Origin: Lachnospiraceae bacterium
GTDB lineage: Bacteria; Bacillota_I; Bacilli_A; RFN20; CAG-826
NCBI GenBank assembly: GCA_963643725.1
Contig: CAVILR010000001.1
Span: forward strand, 19,232-83,231
Direction: 5' to 3'
DNA length: 64,000 nucleotides
Shown: positions 59,538-64,000 of the stretch, in pieces
How the letters are laid out: each line of letters starts with the position of its first letter
Numbering within the stretch: the stretch's first letter is position 1
Position numbers and translations under genes: made by a program
The notes under the pieces: generated by a model
Told to the model about the DNA's origin: nothing
Database searches by the model: none
Seen by the model: only the letters and a program-made list of their open reading frames with translations

Positions 59538-60269
59538 CTAATTTCTTTTTAGTGGCGCAGGTCGAGGAATGTCATCTCGCTTATGCGCGCTAACTCGATG
59601 AAGATGTTCAATTCGCTCTTTACTTTCTTTACTAACTTCTTTGCCGAGTAAAAAAGCGTCGAGTTCATCGTAAGAAACGCCCATTTCTTTTTCGTCAGTT
59701 TGTCCTTTATAAAGTCCAGCTGTCGGCGTTCTATGAGCTAATTCTTCGCTCACGCCATAGAGTTTTGCGGCTTCTCGTACTTCTGATTTTGTGAGACTAA
59801 CAATTGGTAATAAGTCACATGCCCCATCACCATATTTAGTAAAATAACCGACATAATTTTCGTCGTAGTTATCAGTTCCTAACACCAAACCGTTCTTTTC
59901 TTGGGCTTGGGCGTAAAGGGCGCACATGCGCATGCGAACTTTTAAATTCCCTTTAGTTAGACGAGAGAAGTTTTCGCCATCTATTTCTTTTAAATATGAT
60001 TCATATGTCGATGATAAATCTATTTTCTTTATGTTAACATCGAGCATTTTCGCTAATCGAAAGGCATCCGCTTCATCTTTTTCATCGGAATGGATTGGTA
60101 AAGTGTAGCAAAATAATTTGTCTTTTCCGACGGCTTGGCGAGTCAGCGCCGCGACAAGGGAAGAGTCGACGCCACCGCTTAAACCTAAGATGTAGCATTT
60201 GGCTCCGGATTTCTTTAAATAGTCTTGAAGAAATTTTTCAATTTGCGAGCAATATTCATGCAAAGTCAT
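59538..60269 (-). CDS. nadE: NH3-dependent NAD+ synthetase
   Basis: PP-loop GLSGGVDSS. Length is 243 aa. Confidence 0.92.
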   Translation of the reverse strand: MTLHEYCSQIEKFLQDYLKKSGAKCYILGLSGGVDSSLVAALTRQAVGKDKLFCYTLPIHSDEKDEADAFRLAKMLDVNIKKIDLSSTYESYLKEIDGENFSRLTKGNLKVRMRMCALYAQAQEKNGLVLGTDNYDENYVGYFTKYGDGACDLLPIVSLTKSEVREAAKLYGVSEELAHRTPTAGLYKGQTDEKEMGVSYDELDAFLLGKEVSKESKERIEHLHRVSAHKRDDIPRPAPLKRN

Positions 60270-60280
60270 ATGATTACCTC

Positions 60281-61549
60281 CTAGTCAAGATATTCAAATT
60301 CAAAGTCTTTTAGGAAAACGGTGTCACCGCTTTCTGCGCCTTTTTCTTTCAAGGCTTCTTCAACACCTATTTTCCTTAGATAATTAATTAATCGCATCAT
60401 GCCTTCATCAGTTGAAATGTTAATTAAAGAGTATGTGCGTTCAACGCGTTCACCTTTAATACGATATACATGATCTTTTTCTTTGACGATTTCAAAGATT
60501 GGCTCATTGTCATAGGCGTTATAAACCTTATGATTTAAGTCCTTTTGATCAATTTGCAAGGCGAATGGTTCAGTGATTGAAAGCAATTGTTCGATTTTCT
60601 TAATCAACGTATCAATACCTTCATGTGTTAAAGATGAAATCGGATAAATATCTTGTTTTATTTTTTTCTTAAGTATTTTTAAATTTGTATCAGCTTCTTC
60701 GCTATCCATTTTGCTAGCGACGATAATCGTCGGTCTACTGTCAAGGCCTAGCCCATATGATTTAAGTTCATTAGTAATCGTTAAATAATCTTGATATGGA
60801 TCATCACTTTCCATAGAAATTAGATGAACGATAATTCGACATCTTTCTAAATGTCTAAGGAACGCTAAACCGAGACCTTTGCCTAGATGTGCTCCTTCGA
60901 TTAATCCTGGTAGATCCGCCATAACAAATGATTCGTATTTATTAATGCTTACAACGCCAAGATTTGGTTCGATTGTTGTAAATGGATAATCAGCAATTTC
61001 CGGGTTGGCATTACTCACTACGCTTAAAAGTGTTGATTTACCAGCATTAGGTAGTCCGACTAGTCCGACATCAGCGAGCAATTTTAATTCTAAAATAAGT
61101 CGTTTATTTTCACCTGGAAAGCCGTTTTCAGCAATTTTTGGAACGCGATTTCTATCGCTTTTAAAGGCGGCATTTCCGCGACCTCCGCGACCACCTTTAG
61201 CAACTAAAATGGTTTCACCATCTTTTGATAAATCGCCGATGAATATGTGATTTTTCTCTTCGTAGACGACTGTGCCTAAAGGAACATCGATAATGACATC
61301 ATCTGCTCCGCGACCATATTTATTTTTTGTTAAACCTTTTCCACCATCTTCTCCGATAAATACTTTCGAATGGCGAAAATTATATAAAGTGTTAATACTT
61401 TTATTCGCTCTTAAATAAATAGATGCACCCTTTCCCCCGTTGCCGCCGCTAGGACCACCTTTTGGCATATATTTTTCTCGGAGGAAGGCGATCATTCCAT
61501 CTCCACCTTTTCCAGAACGAACTTCAATTACTGCTTTATCAATAAACAT
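60281..61549 (-). CDS. obg: GTPase Obg/CgtA
   Basis: Gly-rich Obg fold (GKGGDG, GGNGGKG, GGRGGRGN), GLPNAGKST, and a C-terminal OCT domain. Confidence 0.96.
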   Translation of the reverse strand: MFIDKAVIEVRSGKGGDGMIAFLREKYMPKGGPSGGNGGKGASIYLRANKSINTLYNFRHSKVFIGEDGGKGLTKNKYGRGADDVIIDVPLGTVVYEEKNHIFIGDLSKDGETILVAKGGRGGRGNAAFKSDRNRVPKIAENGFPGENKRLILELKLLADVGLVGLPNAGKSTLLSVVSNANPEIADYPFTTIEPNLGVVSINKYESFVMADLPGLIEGAHLGKGLGLAFLRHLERCRIIVHLISMESDDPYQDYLTITNELKSYGLGLDSRPTIIVASKMDSEEADTNLKILKKKIKQDIYPISSLTHEGIDTLIKKIEQLLSITEPFALQIDQKDLNHKVYNAYDNEPIFEIVKEKDHVYRIKGERVERTYSLINISTDEGMMRLINYLRKIGVEEALKEKGAESGDTVFLKDFEFEYLD

Positions 61550-61582
61550 AAGTTCATTATATCGATTTTGTTTAAAAAATAA

Positions 61583-61609
61583 ACAAAAAAGGGTTCAGTG
61601 CGAACCCTT
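61583..61609 (-). terminator. Rho-independent terminator after rpmA
   Basis: On the gene strand: AAGGGTTC-gcact-GAACCCTT followed by TTTTTTG. Confidence 0.8.
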
Positions 61610-61623
61610 AATTGATTTTTTAC

Positions 61624-61905
61624 TTATTTTGCGTAGACGCTGGCACGAGTTTTGCTTTTGCCAACACGTTCGAATCGAACGATTCCATCGATTGTGGCAA
61701 AGATGGTATCATCGCCGCCGCGTTTAGCGTTAACGCCTGGAAGAATTTTTGTTCCTCTTTGACGATATATAATGCTTCCGGCAGTGCAATATTGGCCATC
61801 TGATAATTTAGCACCAAGACGCTTCGATTCGCTATCACGGCCGTTTTTTGTAGAACCGACACCTTTTTTACTAGCGAAGAATTGCAAATTTAATTTAAAT
61901 AACAT
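61624..61905 (-). CDS. rpmA: Ribosomal protein L27 with Prp-cleaved N-terminal propeptide
   Basis: [32 protein letters not shown] prefer the start at 61905 (SD AAAGGA 8 nt upstream) over 61914. Confidence 0.93.
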   Translation of the reverse strand: MLFKLNLQFFASKKGVGSTKNGRDSESKRLGAKLSDGQYCTAGSIIYRQRGTKILPGVNAKRGGDDTIFATIDGIVRFERVGKSKTRASVYAK

Positions 61906-61907
61906 TT

Positions 61908-62225
61908 TTAGCATCCTTTCTCGACTATTTTGACGTTCTTACTAGCTGTTTCTTCAACCGTTTTAAGCTGAATTAGAATCGTATTAAGAACATCATAGTC
62001 GTGCATGGAGACGTTATCTTTGCTCTCGATTATTATTATTCCTTTATCTTCATCAATATTTATGTTGAATGATTTAGGATTTTTTAAGGCGTTAAGACCT
62101 CCGAATATAATCGCACTTACTGCGCTACAAACGATGTCTTTGCCTCTTTTAGCAAAGTTAGCGTGTCCGACGATGGAAAGAGATTGTATCTTTCCGTTTG
62201 CTTTTGAGCAATCAATGCAAATCAT
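61908..62225 (-). CDS. prp: Ribosomal-processing cysteine protease Prp (YsxB family)
   Basis: 105 aa, with [20 protein letters not shown] holding the His/Cys dyad. It lies between rplU and rpmA. Confidence 0.88.
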   Translation of the reverse strand: MICIDCSKANGKIQSLSIVGHANFAKRGKDIVCSAVSAIIFGGLNALKNPKSFNINIDEDKGIIIIESKDNVSMHDYDVLNTILIQLKTVEETASKNVKIVEKGC

Positions 62226-62227
62226 GA

Positions 62228-62536
62228 TTATGCATTGATGCTTTCAATAACTAAGCAAGTATATGGTTGACGATGACCAATGGTCTTGCGTTCATTATGT
62301 TTAGCTTTGTATTTGTAGATGCGCACTTTTTTGCTCAAACCATTTTTAACGACTTTTGCGTTAACTTTCGCACCATCAACATAAGGTTTTCCAACCTTCA
62401 AAGCATCGCCACCGAGAAGTAGAACTTTATCGAAAACGTATTCGCTTCCTTCTTTGACATCTAATTTTTCAACGTAAATCTTTTGTCCTTTTTCGACGCG
62501 AACTTGTTTTCCACCAGTTTCGATAATTGCGTACAT
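62228..62536 (-). CDS. rplU: Ribosomal protein L21
   Basis: [19 protein letters not shown]-terminus and GHRQPYT. Strong SD GGAGGTG. Confidence 0.96.
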   Translation of the reverse strand: MYAIIETGGKQVRVEKGQKIYVEKLDVKEGSEYVFDKVLLLGGDALKVGKPYVDGAKVNAKVVKNGLSKKVRIYKYKAKHNERKTIGHRQPYTCLVIESINA

Positions 62537-62539
62537 GTA

Positions 62540-62636
62540 AACACCTCCTATATCTCACTAATGACTCGCTATTAAGGTCTATCCGAAGATAAGTTAATAC
62601 CTTTTCTATGCGGTTGTAGCTTGTGAGGCAACAACG
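62540..62636 (-). promoter_or_regulatory. Structured 5' leader of rplU-prp-rpmA (candidate L21 ribosomal-protein leader)
   Basis: About 100-nt untranslated leader with stems GTTGT..ACAAC and TATC-TTCG-GATA. An L21 leader motif is known upstream of rplU in low-GC Gram-positives, but the match is judged by position only. Confidence 0.4.
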
Positions 62637-62642
62637 TGTTTT

Positions 62643-62670
62643 ATTATAAATACTTTTAATAAAGTATCAA
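62643..62670 (-). promoter_or_regulatory. Candidate sigma-A promoter of the rplU operon
   Basis: On the gene strand: TTGATA, 16 nt, TATAAT. Confidence 0.55.
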
Positions 62671-62694
62671 CCACAATTTATTTTAATCGTTTAT

Positions 62695-63378
62695 TCACGG
62701 CACTTTTTTAAACGAGTTATTCTTTTTAAAAGAATAATAACCGTTTTGAAATATAATCAAATGGTCGAATAAGTTCAAATTAAACATCGCTGCATATTCT
62801 TTGATGACTAATGTCGTTTCGATGTCTTCATTGCTCGGCTTATTATTTCCTCCAGGATGATTATGAATTAAAGCAAAGGATGAAGCCTTGTTTTGCAGTA
62901 CCTCATAAAAGAATTCGCGAATATCTAGTTTAATAAATTCTTCAGTTCCAATATTCAGTTCTTTTTCCTTGATGATTTTGCCTTGTTGATTGAGCAATAT
63001 TACGATAAATTTTTCCTTTTCTTCATCTTCTAAAAATGAATATAAATTATAGAGATCATCGGCGTTTTTTATAATTGTAATCGCATTGCGTTTTTCGACT
63101 AATAAGCGCTTATAGAAATTAAAAGTTGCTAATAGTTTTAATCCACTAATTTGATTTAAGCCAAATTCACTTTTAAGCGACGGCAATGTTGCACTTGATA
63201 AGGATGATAACGAGCGATAATTCTCTAATAGAGAACCCGCAATATCTAATGCCGATTTATTCTTGACACCAGAACCGATGATAACCGCGATGAGCTCTTT
63301 ATCGGAGAGCGCTTCAATTCCATAGCGAAGAGCCTTTTCTCGCGGCCTTTCTTCAAGCGGCATGTTCGATATTTTCAT
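62695..63378 (-). CDS. radC: RadC-family JAB/MPN domain protein
   Basis: HhH-like N-terminus and the JAMM motif HNHPGG...PSNEDI. ATG 63378 overlaps the stop of the upstream small ORF (ATGA), whereas the ORF-track start at 63396 is TTG. Confidence 0.88.
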   Translation of the reverse strand: MKISNMPLEERPREKALRYGIEALSDKELIAVIIGSGVKNKSALDIAGSLLENYRSLSSLSSATLPSLKSEFGLNQISGLKLLATFNFYKRLLVEKRNAITIIKNADDLYNLYSFLEDEEKEKFIVILLNQQGKIIKEKELNIGTEEFIKLDIREFFYEVLQNKASSFALIHNHPGGNNKPSNEDIETTLVIKEYAAMFNLNLFDHLIIFQNGYYSFKKNNSFKKVP

Positions 63379-63554
63379 TTCCAAGTAAATTTCCAACCGC
63401 CCGGAATGTTGGTTGAACCGCTGCTAGAAAGGAATAGTTTGTAGACGACGACCGCAACAATTGCGATGGCGCAGATGGCCATAACAGCAGTTAAAGATAT
63501 CGCTGCACCGGTTTGAATGTTTTTACATTCTTCAATAGTTAATTCTCTTCTCAT
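63375..63554 (-). CDS. Unannotated 59-aa single-pass membrane peptide
   Basis: Hand translation gives MRRELTIEECKNIQTGAAISLTAVMAICAIAIVAVVVYKLFLSSSGSTNIPGGWKFTWK. SD GGAGGTG lies 6 nt upstream. It follows the greA terminator, and its TGA overlaps the radC ATG. Confidence 0.65.
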   Translation of the reverse strand: MRRELTIEECKNIQTGAAISLTAVMAICAIAIVAVVVYKLFLSSSGSTNIPGGWKFTWK

Positions 63555-63598
63555 AAATTCACCTCCATTAATAGGTAGTGGATTTATTTATAAAAATT

Positions 63599-63622
63599 AC
63601 AAAAAAAGGGATAAATCCCTTA
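63599..63622 (-). terminator. Rho-independent terminator after greA
   Basis: On the gene strand: AAGGGAT-tt-ATCCCTT followed by TTTTTTT. Confidence 0.75.
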
Positions 63623-63646
63623 ATTTGTTAGATTAATTCAATATTA

Positions 63647-64000
63647 TTAATTATCGATTTTTAGTATTTCTACTTTGTATTCGTTATTGACTTTAACGAC
63701 ACAGACATCGCCAACGCGTTTGCCAATAACCGCTTTACCAAGTGGGGAAATGTTTGAAACTAAACCCTTTAATGGATTGGCTTCAATGGTTCCGACGATG
63801 GTATATGTTTCTACAGTTCCATCGCTTAAATCTTTTAATTCGACCTTTGTACCGATGGTAACAGCCTTGGAAGTTCTTTGGTTGTCGTTAATGATTTTTG
63901 CGTTTTGGAAGATGTGTTCTAATTCTTTGATACGACTTTCGATTTCGGCTTGTTTGTTTCTCGCTGCATCATAATCAGCGTTTTCACTTAAATCACCTTG
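63647..64000 (-). CDS. greA: Transcription elongation factor GreA, 5' end cut by window edge
   Basis: The minus-strand frame is open to the window edge. The C-terminus ...GKAVIGKRVGDVCVVKVNNEYKVEILKIDN is GreA-like. The + strand ORF 63675..63974 is its antisense shadow. Confidence 0.85.
   Translation of the reverse strand, partial: QGDLSENADYDAARNKQAEIESRIKELEHIFQNAKIINDNQRTSKAVTIGTKVELKDLSDGTVETYTIVGTIEANPLKGLVSNISPLGKAVIGKRVGDVCVVKVNNEYKVEILKIDN

Noticed and set aside
61620-61862. An 80-aa ORF in an alternative frame over rpmA.
   Set aside because: It overlaps the unambiguous L27 frame on the same strand and has no independent support.
63675-63974. A 99-aa + strand ORF at the window end.
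   Set aside because: The minus strand encodes the conserved GreA C-terminus over the same bases, so the + ORF is its antisense shadow.

Overview
This is a low-GC (about one third G+C by eye), densely packed housekeeping region read with the standard code: TGA acts as a stop, for example at the end of mtaB, and no in-frame TGA is needed. Gene order closely follows the Bacillus subtilis yqe/yqf, nusB-xseAB-dxs and ruvAB-secDF-recJ-relA-hisS-aspS blocks. However, the Bacillus neighbours of radC (maf, mreBCD) are absent, nadD-yqeK is fused, and the T-box leaders are missing. Together these fit an Acholeplasma-like Mollicute or a reduced Firmicute, which is an inference and not proven. I call 64 protein genes, three of which fall below the ORF-track cutoff (rpsU, rpmG and a 59-aa membrane peptide). 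I also call about a dozen intrinsic terminators, a few sigma-A-type promoters and a candidate L21 leader. I saw no rRNA, tRNA, CRISPR array or transposase. The strongest non-coding signal is a canonical 28-bp XerCD dif site at 34142-34169. It lies where coding-strand bias flips from + to -, which suggests the replication terminus. A second, direct dif-like copy with an expanded central spacer lies at 39869-39904, just upstream of the dinB-xerD operon, so the two sites bracket a 5.7-kb segment. Other oddities:
- a bacteriocin-type C39 peptidase fused to an ABC-exporter membrane domain with no ATPase, wedged between rpsU and ybeY;
- a YbeY-Cdd read-through fusion that keeps an internal Shine-Dalgarno (SD) ribosome-binding site;
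- an ABC importer operon with no ATPase gene;
- 11-bp phased ACTAA repeats;
- several leaderless-looking gene starts.
Nothing here resembles a known defence system.
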